A DNA stretch of 52,251 nucleotides from Candidatus Saccharimonadales bacterium. GTDB taxonomy: Bacteria > Patescibacteriota > Saccharimonadia > Saccharimonadales > UBA10212. The translations under genes and the position numbers were made by a program. The notes beneath the pieces were generated by a model. That model worked only from the letters and a program-made list of their open reading frames with translations, had not been told where the DNA came from and did no database searches. Shown one piece after another: positions 31,446-41,085 of the stretch. How positions within the stretch are numbered: the stretch's first letter is position 1; every line of letters begins with the position of its first letter. Location of the stretch: NCBI GenBank assembly GCA_038245195.1, contig JBBRSU010000005.1, positions 1 through 52,251 on the forward strand, read 5' to 3'.

Positions 31446-33887
31446 TCAGACAACTAGGCTGACCAGCCGACCGGGCACATAGATTTGTTTCTTAATGTCT
31501 TTGCCTTCCAACATTGAAGCAATCTTTTCATCGGCTTTGACGACTGATAATATATCGTCTTCCGAGGTATCTGCCGACAGACTTATCTCAGACCGAACTT
31601 TTCCATTAATTTGGATAGCAATGGTCATCATATCGTCTCTGATATATTTTTCATCCCAGGCCGGCCAGTTATCGACTTGTACGCTGGTTTGATGGCCTAA
31701 ATTATTCCACATTTCATCGGCAATGTGTGGCGCGAACGGGGCTACCAACTGGGCTAATGATTCAATGGCAAACTTCCATGAGTCGTTATCTTTAAAGCCG
31801 TTTTTAGCATTTTGGATGTACAGATCGTTAACGGCTTTCATCATAGATGCAATCGCCGTGTTATATTTTTGATGCTCCAAGTCGTTAGTAACTTTCTTAA
31901 TGGTTTTATGGGCAATAGCTAAGACGGCTTGATTAGTACCATCAATTTCTTCAGACTCGATAAATTCCTGTGTAATGTTCCATAGTCTATTCAAGAATCT
32001 GTAGGTCCCAGGAACACCCTTGGGATCCCACTTTATCCATAAATCGAGTGGGGCGGCGAACATTAAGTAAGTTCTAAGGGCATCGGCTCCATAACCACTA
32101 TTAATAATCTCTAGCGGGTCAACGCCGTTACCTTGACTCTTGCTGAAATTTTGGCCATCGGCGGCTGTAATTTTGCCGTTGAACAAAAATTTTTTAAAAG
32201 GCTCCGGGTTGTCAATTAAACCAATCTTATTAAAGAAACGACTTACGAACCGGGCATAAATCATGTGAGCCGTGGCGTGGTCACCACCATTGTAAAAATC
32301 AATCGGCATCCATTTATTGGCTACTTCGCTACCAAAAGCTGCTTGGTCATTGAAAGGATCCAGGTACCGAATCATGTACCAACTACTGCAAACGTAAGTG
32401 TCCAGCGTATCTGTTTCGCGCTCGGCGGGGCCGCCACACTTTGGGCAGATTATGCTCAGCCAGTCTTTGGCACGGTACAAAGCACTTCGGCCATCACCGC
32501 TAGGTTGAAAATCAGCTAATACTGGCAAAACTACTGGTAGATCTTTATCGTCTACCAGTACCTCGCCGCAATTTTGGCAATGGATTATCGGAATCGGAGC
32601 TCCCCAATAACGCTGTCGGCTAACACTCCAGTCACGCATTTTATAATTAACTTTTTCAACTGCCCTACCAGTTTTCTTTAATTCAGCCACAATCTTTTCA
32701 CGAGCTTCTGCCGACTCTAGCTCATCATATTTATCAGAATTAATTAATATTCCTTCACCACTATAAAGCTCATCACTAGCCGAAGGTTTTTTAATTACTT
32801 CAGTTATTGGTAGTTCGAATTTATTAGCGAATTCATAGTCTCGTTCGTCGTGGGCTGGTACAGCCATAATCGCCCCAGTACCATAGCCGATCAAAACATA
32901 ATCGGCTACCCAAATCGGAATTTTTTGATTGTTAGCTGGATTAATGGCATAAGAACCAGTAAAAACACCGGTCTTATCTTTGTCGGATTGGCGCTCCACA
33001 TCGGTTTTGGTAATTACCTGCTTCTGGTATTCCTCAACTTGGCTTTTTTTATTCGGAGCTGTTAGCTTGCCGACTAGTTCGTGCTCCGGTGCTAAAACTA
33101 AGAATGTTGCCCCATATATCGTATCCGGCCGAGTAGTAAAAACCGTAATTTCGACGTCAGGTTTATCGATTTTGAATTTTATTTCGACTCCGACACTTTT
33201 GCCAATCCAGTTTTTCTGGGCCAACTTTACGGTTTCGGTCCAATCTAGCTCATCAGTGGCTTCTAGTAATTCATCAGCGTATTCGGTAATTTTAAAGAAC
33301 CATTGTTTGACTTCCTTTTTTGCGACTATCGGATCATCCGGGCCGTCGTGACGCCAACATTTACCGTCAGCCGTTACTTGTTCGTTGGCCAACACAGTAT
33401 TATCGATTGTGCACCACCATTGCAAGCGTGAATCTTGATATGCCAAGCCCTGCCGATACATCTCGCTAAATATCCATTGAGTCCATTTATAGTATTCCGG
33501 CTTGTGGGTTGAAATTTCCTTAGACCAATCGTTACTCCAACCCATGGCTTTGTACTGTTTGTGATAGCTGGGGATAATTTTAGCCATCGATTCTTGTGGT
33601 GATACCCCACTCTTAATCGCATAATTTTCAGCTGGCAAGCCAAATGCATCCCAACCCACTGGATGATAGCTTTCATAGCCCTGCTGGCGCTTAAACCGGG
33701 CCATGACGTCACTTATTGTATAGTTCATGGCGTGCCCAATATGAATCCCAGCTCCACTAGGGTAGTTCAGCATGCTCATGCTGATATATTTGGGCTTAGA
33801 GCTAGCTAAATTGGCTTTGTATACTTGGTTTTCATCCCAAAGCTTTTGCCACTTTGGCTCAATTTCTTTTGAGTTATAGCTCCTCAT
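31446..33887 (-). CDS. leuS: Leucine--tRNA ligase
   Basis: YPSGAGIHIGH, GWDAFGLPAEN, CP1 domain TTRPDT/GTGAIMAVPAHD, SRQRYWG, NFSKS. Confidence 0.96.
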   Translation of the reverse strand: MRSYNSKEIEPKWQKLWDENQVYKANLASSKPKYISMSMLNYPSGAGIHIGHAMNYTISDVMARFKRQQGYESYHPVGWDAFGLPAENYAIKSGVSPQESMAKIIPSYHKQYKAMGWSNDWSKEISTHKPEYYKWTQWIFSEMYRQGLAYQDSRLQWWCTIDNTVLANEQVTADGKCWRHDGPDDPIVAKKEVKQWFFKITEYADELLEATDELDWTETVKLAQKNWIGKSVGVEIKFKIDKPDVEITVFTTRPDTIYGATFLVLAPEHELVGKLTAPNKKSQVEEYQKQVITKTDVERQSDKDKTGVFTGSYAINPANNQKIPIWVADYVLIGYGTGAIMAVPAHDERDYEFANKFELPITEVIKKPSASDELYSGEGILINSDKYDELESAEAREKIVAELKKTGRAVEKVNYKMRDWSVSRQRYWGAPIPIIHCQNCGEVLVDDKDLPVVLPVLADFQPSGDGRSALYRAKDWLSIICPKCGGPAERETDTLDTYVCSSWYMIRYLDPFNDQAAFGSEVANKWMPIDFYNGGDHATAHMIYARFVSRFFNKIGLIDNPEPFKKFLFNGKITAADGQNFSKSQGNGVDPLEIINSGYGADALRTYLMFAAPLDLWIKWDPKGVPGTYRFLNRLWNITQEFIESEEIDGTNQAVLAIAHKTIKKVTNDLEHQKYNTAIASMMKAVNDLYIQNAKNGFKDNDSWKFAIESLAQLVAPFAPHIADEMWNNLGHQTSVQVDNWPAWDEKYIRDDMMTIAIQINGKVRSEISLSADTSEDDILSVVKADEKIASMLEGKDIKKQIYVPGRLVSLVV

Positions 33888-33949
33888 GTCTGCAAATATT
33901 GTATCAGAGGTAGCCGATAGCGTTTTTCTGATATACTTTTAGCTAAGAT

Positions 33950-34915
33950 ATGAGCGACAAAAATGGTGTTTTGCTGGCTATAGTTGTGCCTGTTTATAAC
34001 GAGGGTTCCAACTTAAAGTCTTTTAATGAACAGCTGGTTAAGCAGGCAGAATCAGTCTCGTCTAATTCATATGAGATTATTTACATAGACGACGGCAGTC
34101 AAGATCATAGCGGTGTGCTACTTAAAGATTTCTGCGAAGCTAATAAAAATTTGAGGTTGATAAGTTTTTCGCGAAACTTCGGCAAAGAAATCGCCACAAC
34201 CGCTGGCATCCATGAGGCCGAGGCCCAAGCCATCATGACAATTGATGCCGATGGCCAACACCCCATTGAACTAATATCAGAGTTTATAAAAAAATGGAAA
34301 GCCGGTGCCAAAGTTGTTATCGGTGTTCGCAACTCGAATCATGGCGAGGGCTTTGTCAAACGCTATGGTTCAAAGCTGTTTTATAAGATATTTAATCGGC
34401 TCACCAAAGTAAGACTAATCGAAGGCTCCACCGACTACCGCCTGATAGACTCCTCCGTCCAGCAAGAATTTATCAAAATGACCGAACGCAGCCGCATTAC
34501 TCGCGGTCTGATTGATTGGCTAGGCTATAAGAGAGATTATATTAAGTTCGATGCCAATCCTAGGTTATCCGGCGAAGCCGGTTATTCATTCCGAAAGCTC
34601 CTTAAATTGGCTATTGATAGTACAATTTCCATGAGCTTATCACCTCTATATATTAGTGCCTATATCGGTGCAGCTGTACTACCGTTGTCGGTCCTAACAG
34701 GGCTTTTCATGATTATCGACGCACTGATCGGCGACCCTCTGCACCTGAAAGCCACCGGCAGTGCTTATATCGTTGTATTCTTAGTTTTCCTGGTTGGAAT
34801 ATTGCTTGTTTCGCAAGGCATCATTGGCTTGTATTTGTCTCATATTCATACCGAGACCCAAAATCGCCCTCTGTATATTGTCGACAAAGGCCGCTCGATT
34901 AACTTATATGAGTAA
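33950..34915 (+). CDS. GT2 polyprenyl-phosphate glycosyltransferase (GtrB-like)
   Basis: VPVYNE, DDGS, SRNFGKE, DADGQHP, two C-terminal TMs, RPLYIV. Confidence 0.92.
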   Translation: MSDKNGVLLAIVVPVYNEGSNLKSFNEQLVKQAESVSSNSYEIIYIDDGSQDHSGVLLKDFCEANKNLRLISFSRNFGKEIATTAGIHEAEAQAIMTIDADGQHPIELISEFIKKWKAGAKVVIGVRNSNHGEGFVKRYGSKLFYKIFNRLTKVRLIEGSTDYRLIDSSVQQEFIKMTERSRITRGLIDWLGYKRDYIKFDANPRLSGEAGYSFRKLLKLAIDSTISMSLSPLYISAYIGAAVLPLSVLTGLFMIIDALIGDPLHLKATGSAYIVVFLVFLVGILLVSQGIIGLYLSHIHTETQNRPLYIVDKGRSINLYE

Positions 34916-35321
34916 CCCTAAGCAATTATTGCAGCGCTCAGGCTATCGGTACGTAATTATTGGCGGAAGTGTTTATGCTTTGGAGTTGGTTGTTATTGTC
35001 ATCGCTCAATCTTTAGGAGCAACGGCAGTTGTGGCCGTAGGGCTTAGTTTTTGGATAGGCCTAGTAGTATCTTTCATGCTACAGAAACTGATTACTTTTG
35101 GTGATAAACGGGCAAATCATAAAGTCCTGATTCCCCAGATAGTCGCTTTTAGCTTACTGGTGTTATTTAATTTTAGCTTCACAGTGTTGGTTACCAAGTT
35201 ACTAATTAACGCTATTCCGGCCGTGGCTACTAGGACTCTAGCTTTACTCATCACTACCATTTGGAATTTTTACTTATACAAGACCCGAATTTTTAAACGC
35301 GATGAAGAGTTTGTTTATTAA
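34908..35321 (+). CDS. GtrA-family flippase
   Basis: RYVIIGG, four TMs, WNFYLYKTRIF; ATG 34908 overlaps the GT2 3' end. Confidence 0.88.
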   Translation: MSNPKQLLQRSGYRYVIIGGSVYALELVVIVIAQSLGATAVVAVGLSFWIGLVVSFMLQKLITFGDKRANHKVLIPQIVAFSLLVLFNFSFTVLVTKLLINAIPAVATRTLALLITTIWNFYLYKTRIFKRDEEFVY

Positions 35322-37930
35322 TGGCCAAGAAAAAGCCCTCAAAAAATTTGCACACTATCAGAAAAAATATAGACAAAAAACAGTCTGTAATTACCAAAAA
35401 ACCAATAACCGATCTTAAGAAAAAGCCTCCGAAGCAGGCTACTAAGCTGTCTAGGAAACCAAGTCATTGGGGGTTAGAGAATGCTAGGATACTCAGCCTA
35501 ATCGGTGGAACCGGAATAGTAGGACTATGGACAGTGATTCGCCATATCACAAATGGGGTAAACTTTGATGTAGTCGGCCAGATTGGTGTTGCTCAACAAT
35601 GGGCCCACGGGCAAATGTCAGGCACCCAACTAGGAGCCACTAGCTATCTTCTTAAGATGCCTTTTTATTACGTTGTAAATGCACTGCATTTTTTAAGTCC
35701 GATGAACCGTATTCTATTGATTGCTCTTGTTTTTAATCTCCTCACTTTTATTTTGCTCTTTTTAATGTTCGAAAAGATTTTAAAACTTTATGCGGTTAAA
35801 CAAACTTCCTGGTTGTATCTAGGCATGGCTTGGCTGGCCACCATCGCCGGGAATGTTTTTTGGCTTGACTATGCAAATTCACGGAATTTAGAAACTGTTG
35901 GTGGAATATTTTTTATATATTTGATTTTAGAATTCTTGTGTTATAGCCGGCTACGGACAGTAGTTTGGCTGACTTTAACCAGCTCAGTAGTCTTTTTCGC
36001 TGATCCTCTGCAGTTCTATGTTTGTGGACTCGGCACTAGTATATTTGTAATTAGTCGCTGGCTGTTACGACGTTCGCCAACTAATCTACTCCAAATGACT
36101 GGTGTTTTGGCAGCGATTGCCAGCGGATACGCCCTATCTCTGGGTTTCATACAGCTGGTCAAACATTTCCTACATGTAAGTTTTTTGGCAATATCAAATA
36201 ACCACGCATCTATTAGTATCTCGAACTTGGCTACAAGCCTTCGAGCTATTGCCATTAATACGCTAAAAATATTTGGAGTAGATTTTTATAAGCGACCTTA
36301 CGGTTTCAATTCGGTACGCGAATTGTTGAACGCTTTTGTTCTACTGGCCATAGTAGTTATACTAATTCGGGTTCTAATTAAGTCATATAAAAAAACTTCA
36401 TCAGGTCTGATAACTACTTTAATTGTGGTTAACTACTTGGCTTATGTCGCCAGTGGACAGGTACTGGGATGGCAGACATCTCGCTACCTTATAATGGTTC
36501 CCCTATTTATTATTCTTTTGCTGGCTAGCGGTGGTGATCAACTAAAGGGGAAATATGCCTCTATAATTCGCTATACTTGGGTATCTGTAGTTCTGATAAG
36601 TACCGTGATGCTGGTTGGTGCTCTGGTAAATAGCTGGCCCGGCAGACACACCAAAGATAGCCATATCTATACTCTGGTATCTTACATGCGACAGAATAAT
36701 TACGCATATGCCTTATCGTCCAGAGATGCTGGTATTACTGCCACCTACTTTAGCGGAGGCAAAAATACCGTACTTCCTATGGCCTGTCAGCCAGATCATG
36801 CTATCGAACCTACTAATCTATTTTTTGATAACTCTGGATTCCTAAACCTAAACCTTTACAGTAAAGATACCCCTGTGATAGTCCCATACGGTGGTATTGA
36901 GTTTGGGCCATACACTTGTACAGTAGCAGACATTATTGCCCAATTTGGATCTCCTCAACGCCAGGAGGCTATAGTTGGGTTCGGTACCGGCTTGGTCTAC
37001 AGTGGGGATAAAATACAATTCTCTGGTTCTAATAATCCCAAGATCGGACGACGGCTCTTAGATAAAATGACCGCCAAACAGTCGTCAGCCCTGCCCCATC
37101 TGTCTGGCTGCAGTAAAGGCACTTTAGATGTTATTGTGGCACACCCCGATGATGATTTATTGTTCATGAACCCTGACCTTAAAAATCAACTATCAGTAAG
37201 ATGTGTACGAACTATTTACGTAACAGCCGGCGACGATGGGCGTCATACAGGCTACTGGATGAGGCGCCAAAGCGGTATAGAAGCAGCCTACGCATCAATG
37301 ATTGGCTTGCCAAATGAATGGAACGACAGTTTGATAACTCTTGATGACCACAACATTTTGACACGTACGTTAAATGGTTATGGTGCTGCCAGCCTAGTAT
37401 TTCTACGCCTTCCCGATGGTGGTACCAGTGGTGCTGGGTTCGCTGATACTGGCTTCTCCTCTATAAAAAATCTTTACGACAATAGAAAATTAGTGTTGTC
37501 CACCATAGATGGTCGGTCCACTTATAATTACTCTCAGCTAGCTAAGATCATCAGCTCGATTATTTTCGCTGACAAACCCGACCGTATTTTTACTAGTCTG
37601 TCAGGGGGATATTTAAGTAGTGGTGACCACAGCGATCATTTACAAGTCGGGTTGCTGGCGGTAAATGCCAAAGCTTCGACGAAATCTCGAGCCATCCTAA
37701 CGCAATACGTCGGCTATCCAAGTAACTCCCTGCCGGCAAATCTGTCTACTGAACAAACAGCTCAAAAGAAAGCTGTTTTTGATGTTTATGCCTCTGAGGA
37801 CAGTGCTATCTGTATCCACCTTAACAATTGCCAGATTATCGAGAGTACTTACGGTAATTACTTTTCAAGAATGTACAAATCTGACACCGTTAACAATAAA
37901 ATAATACTGGAAGGCTCCCTGCCGTTCTAG
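35321..37930 (+). CDS. Multi-pass membrane protein (putative GT-C glycosyltransferase) fused to a PIG-L family deacetylase
   Basis: About 10-12 TM segments with RYLIMVP; C-terminal AHPDDD (37139-37156), TAGD, RLPDG and DHSDH. Confidence 0.75.
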   Translation: MAKKKPSKNLHTIRKNIDKKQSVITKKPITDLKKKPPKQATKLSRKPSHWGLENARILSLIGGTGIVGLWTVIRHITNGVNFDVVGQIGVAQQWAHGQMSGTQLGATSYLLKMPFYYVVNALHFLSPMNRILLIALVFNLLTFILLFLMFEKILKLYAVKQTSWLYLGMAWLATIAGNVFWLDYANSRNLETVGGIFFIYLILEFLCYSRLRTVVWLTLTSSVVFFADPLQFYVCGLGTSIFVISRWLLRRSPTNLLQMTGVLAAIASGYALSLGFIQLVKHFLHVSFLAISNNHASISISNLATSLRAIAINTLKIFGVDFYKRPYGFNSVRELLNAFVLLAIVVILIRVLIKSYKKTSSGLITTLIVVNYLAYVASGQVLGWQTSRYLIMVPLFIILLLASGGDQLKGKYASIIRYTWVSVVLISTVMLVGALVNSWPGRHTKDSHIYTLVSYMRQNNYAYALSSRDAGITATYFSGGKNTVLPMACQPDHAIEPTNLFFDNSGFLNLNLYSKDTPVIVPYGGIEFGPYTCTVADIIAQFGSPQRQEAIVGFGTGLVYSGDKIQFSGSNNPKIGRRLLDKMTAKQSSALPHLSGCSKGTLDVIVAHPDDDLLFMNPDLKNQLSVRCVRTIYVTAGDDGRHTGYWMRRQSGIEAAYASMIGLPNEWNDSLITLDDHNILTRTLNGYGAASLVFLRLPDGGTSGAGFADTGFSSIKNLYDNRKLVLSTIDGRSTYNYSQLAKIISSIIFADKPDRIFTSLSGGYLSSGDHSDHLQVGLLAVNAKASTKSRAILTQYVGYPSNSLPANLSTEQTAQKKAVFDVYASEDSAICIHLNNCQIIESTYGNYFSRMYKSDTVNNKIILEGSLPF

Positions 37931-37958
37931 GGCATTTGTTTTGGATAGTAAATGATTA

Positions 37959-38879
37959 CTATAGGTTTGTTAGCCAGCCCGACTTATCTGTCTCCTGACC
38001 ATGAAGAATCCGATTATGTATTCGCTTAATCTCGGATGTAATTGGGCCTATTTTAGCTTGCGAAATTTTTCGAGCGTCAACTTCTATTACTGGCGCGATA
38101 TAGGCCGATGTACCGCTTGCAAAAACTTCATCGGCAATATAAAGCTCGGTAAGATCCATCGGTCGCTCTATAACCTTTATACCTTGCTCTTTGGCGATTT
38201 GGATTACGGTTCGGCGATTGATGCCTTCTAGTAAATCCGATGTTGCGTCGGGTGTAATCAGTTGATTGTTCCTAACAATGAATATATTAGCAGCACTAAG
38301 CTCGCAAACGTGTCCTTGTGAATCTAGGAATATACAGTCGTCATAGCCACTGTCGATGGCGTCTTGTTTAGCAAGAACCGAATTAACGTATGCCCCATTT
38401 ACTTTGGCCCTAGATGGAATGGCATTATCAGGTATTCGTCGCCAAACACTAGTTTTTAGCCTAGCTCCGTCCTGCGGTACGATTGGCAAAGCTTCATAGA
38501 TAAAAATGCTGAGTAAGTTACTTAGTCCCCGCGAGCGAGTCCCAGCTACTGGCTCGTCAACATGCACTGTCGCCCTTACGAATACATCTTCGGTGATTTT
38601 ATTAGCATGTACTAAATTCTTAACTGCTTTTTCAAACTTTGTATAGCTCCATTCCTTCTCAAACATGTCCATTCCAATAATCTGAGCTGAGTCTAACAAC
38701 CTCTTAAAATGGTCGGCTAATCTAAAAGCTACCGGTTGGCTGGTCTCATTTATACAAACTGGGAAAACTGTATAGACACTTAGGCCATAAAGTACCGCTG
38801 AGCTGGTAATACTAAGGTTTGCATCTTTGAGCTCAATTAATTTATCCCTGAAAAATACCTTTTGATATACTTTTGCCAT
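37959..38879 (-). CDS. PLP-dependent fold-type IV aminotransferase (BCAT/D-amino-acid aminotransferase family)
   Basis: FRLADHFKRL, AKVNGAY, ELSAANIF, LEGINR, ADEVFASGT. Confidence 0.9.
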   Translation of the reverse strand: MAKVYQKVFFRDKLIELKDANLSITSSAVLYGLSVYTVFPVCINETSQPVAFRLADHFKRLLDSAQIIGMDMFEKEWSYTKFEKAVKNLVHANKITEDVFVRATVHVDEPVAGTRSRGLSNLLSIFIYEALPIVPQDGARLKTSVWRRIPDNAIPSRAKVNGAYVNSVLAKQDAIDSGYDDCIFLDSQGHVCELSAANIFIVRNNQLITPDATSDLLEGINRRTVIQIAKEQGIKVIERPMDLTELYIADEVFASGTSAYIAPVIEVDARKISQAKIGPITSEIKRIHNRILHGQETDKSGWLTNL

Positions 38880-38891
38880 CTTAAAACTCCA

Positions 38892-39797
38892 TTACTTATT
38901 ATCTCTCTGAACTAATTCGACAAATTTTTTGACCAAATTTGGCATGTCATGACCAGCAACCAATGACGATTTAGGAAAAAGACTCCCGGCTGTCATTCCA
39001 GGTAAGGTGTTTATTTCTAGAACGAAGGCTTTTTTTGAGGAGTTCAACATAATATCAATCCGAGATAGATGGCTACATTTCATTAATTTATGAACGCCTT
39101 CAGAAAGTCGTTGAAGATCTTGCCATATTGATATACTCACAGATTTTGGTGGGCAAAGTTCATGGGTCTGGCCGTTATACTTATTTTCATAATCAAATTC
39201 TTCATTATCGGGTGGGATAATTTCTATGATTGGCAGAGCGTTTTTATCTAAAATCGGAATTGTGACTTCGGTTCCAACAATTAGTTCTTCAATTATTGCT
39301 TCCGATTCCAGGGTAAAGATGCTGTCAAGTTGTGTTGTTGTTAATTTTTTCGATCGAGATACTACTAGAGTCCCTATGCTTGATCCCCCATGAGGCACCT
39401 TCAGCACATGAGGGTTTGCCGCTAATGGGTGATCAGTGTAGTTTTCTATATTTACCAACCCAGCTTTGGGCATCGCTATTCCGGCAGGCTCAAGTACTTG
39501 TCTCGTCCTCCACTTATCAAAACAATTTTTTGAAGATTTACTGTCGCTACCCAAAAAAGGTAAACCACGTTTTTCCATTTCGGCCTGTATCGTGCCGTCT
39601 TCGCCGCCTGCTCCGTGAAGTATTGGCAAAATTATTGTGTTCTTATCTAGACCATCAAAAATTTTGTAACCATCTTTAGGGTCAGCCGTGATAGTATCAA
39701 ACCCAGCTTGGCGGGCAGCAATCTCGACATTTTTTGCGGAGCGAAGTGAGACTTCGCGTTCCGGAGAATCCCCGCCCCCCAAAATTAGTAATTTCAC
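38892..39797 (-). CDS. ddl: D-alanine--D-alanine ligase
   Basis: GGDSPEREVS, LHGAGGEDG, GSSIG, FDYENKY, EINTLPG. Confidence 0.95.
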   Translation of the reverse strand: MKLLILGGGDSPEREVSLRSAKNVEIAARQAGFDTITADPKDGYKIFDGLDKNTIILPILHGAGGEDGTIQAEMEKRGLPFLGSDSKSSKNCFDKWRTRQVLEPAGIAMPKAGLVNIENYTDHPLAANPHVLKVPHGGSSIGTLVVSRSKKLTTTQLDSIFTLESEAIIEELIVGTEVTIPILDKNALPIIEIIPPDNEEFDYENKYNGQTHELCPPKSVSISIWQDLQRLSEGVHKLMKCSHLSRIDIMLNSSKKAFVLEINTLPGMTAGSLFPKSSLVAGHDMPNLVKKFVELVQRDNK

Positions 39798-41059
39798 TGG
39801 CCGAAAGCCTGACGTTTAACTTTCAACCACTCAGTGCTTTGGCGCACTAATTTCGCTGCATCATCGGAACTAGCCAATAAAATTTTTACGGCTTCTTCTG
39901 CATAGACTCTATTTTGTGAACCTTTAGCCAAAATTAGTGCACCGGGCTTAAGTATCGACTTAACATACTCACCGGCATCATACGGTGAATTGAATTCTTT
40001 GACTTCACAGCCCCGCTTTACCGCTGCCGGAGCCAAGTATTTATTTGCGTCTGGGCCTATTGTAACTACTAGATCCAGTTCGGTCGGTTCGCACAGATTA
40101 CCTATCTCTTCATGGGCGGTTTTTGAGGAATCACCTAGCTCGTTCATATTTCCCAAGATCGCGATTTTTTGATCAGCTTTCAATGTATATACATCCCTAA
40201 GCACAGCTTTTACAGCTGCAGGGCTAGCATTGTAGGTATCATCGATAATAGTTGAGCCACTTACTCCTCTAAGTACCTGCATCCGGCCACTATGTGGTTT
40301 TATATTAGCAATGCCCTGCTTAATCTGTTCAGTATTCATACCCAGCTGTAAGCCAACACTAATAGCCGCTGCTACCGTATACAATTGGGCTTCCAAGCCC
40401 GGCACAATAGTGGTTGCCAGTACCGGATTACCTTCATAATTAGCTTTAAAGCTGGCAATAAGTCCGTTATGAGATATGCCTGTAATCTGTAAATTGGCCT
40501 CATTTAGTCCATAACTAACAGAGTTCTCTAATTTATTAATGTATTTATCAGCACATAAATCACTATTAAATATCAACTGATCTGATAACTCCGACAGTAC
40601 AAGTTCTTCTTTGGCGACATTATCAACAGATTCAAAAAATTCTAGATGTTCGGAGGTTATAGAAGTTAGGACTCCAATATCGGCATTAATATACTTTTTA
40701 AATTGTGCTATTTGTCCAGGCCCATCCGTACCCAGCTCGATTACCGCAATTTTATAGGGATAGGTTTTTTTAAGCTGTTTGGAGTTGCGCAAAAATATAG
40801 CCAACCACGCAAAGGGGTTAAGCAGGCTTGGTAGCATCTCATCAAAAAAAACTAGCGGTACACTAACTAAATCGTTGTAGTTACCAACCTGATATCTAAC
40901 TTTGAATTTTTCTGATAAAACTTCGGAAATTGCTAGTTTGGTACTGGTTTTGCCAATACTCCCGGCTACCGCTATGACCTTTACATCGTTTTTCCTAAGT
41001 AGAGCTCGAACCTGTCGTCCGAGTATAATCGCCACGATGTTTCTGGCTATTTTTTTCAC
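39794..41059 (-). CDS. murF: UDP-MurNAc-tripeptide--D-Ala-D-Ala ligase
   Basis: GSIGKTSTK, DDTYNASP, LGNMNELG, KGSQ. Confidence 0.9.
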   Translation of the reverse strand: MKKIARNIVAIILGRQVRALLRKNDVKVIAVAGSIGKTSTKLAISEVLSEKFKVRYQVGNYNDLVSVPLVFFDEMLPSLLNPFAWLAIFLRNSKQLKKTYPYKIAVIELGTDGPGQIAQFKKYINADIGVLTSITSEHLEFFESVDNVAKEELVLSELSDQLIFNSDLCADKYINKLENSVSYGLNEANLQITGISHNGLIASFKANYEGNPVLATTIVPGLEAQLYTVAAAISVGLQLGMNTEQIKQGIANIKPHSGRMQVLRGVSGSTIIDDTYNASPAAVKAVLRDVYTLKADQKIAILGNMNELGDSSKTAHEEIGNLCEPTELDLVVTIGPDANKYLAPAAVKRGCEVKEFNSPYDAGEYVKSILKPGALILAKGSQNRVYAEEAVKILLASSDDAAKLVRQSTEWLKVKRQAFGQ

Positions 41060-41085
41060 TACCTCAGTATATCAAGTGGTAGAGC

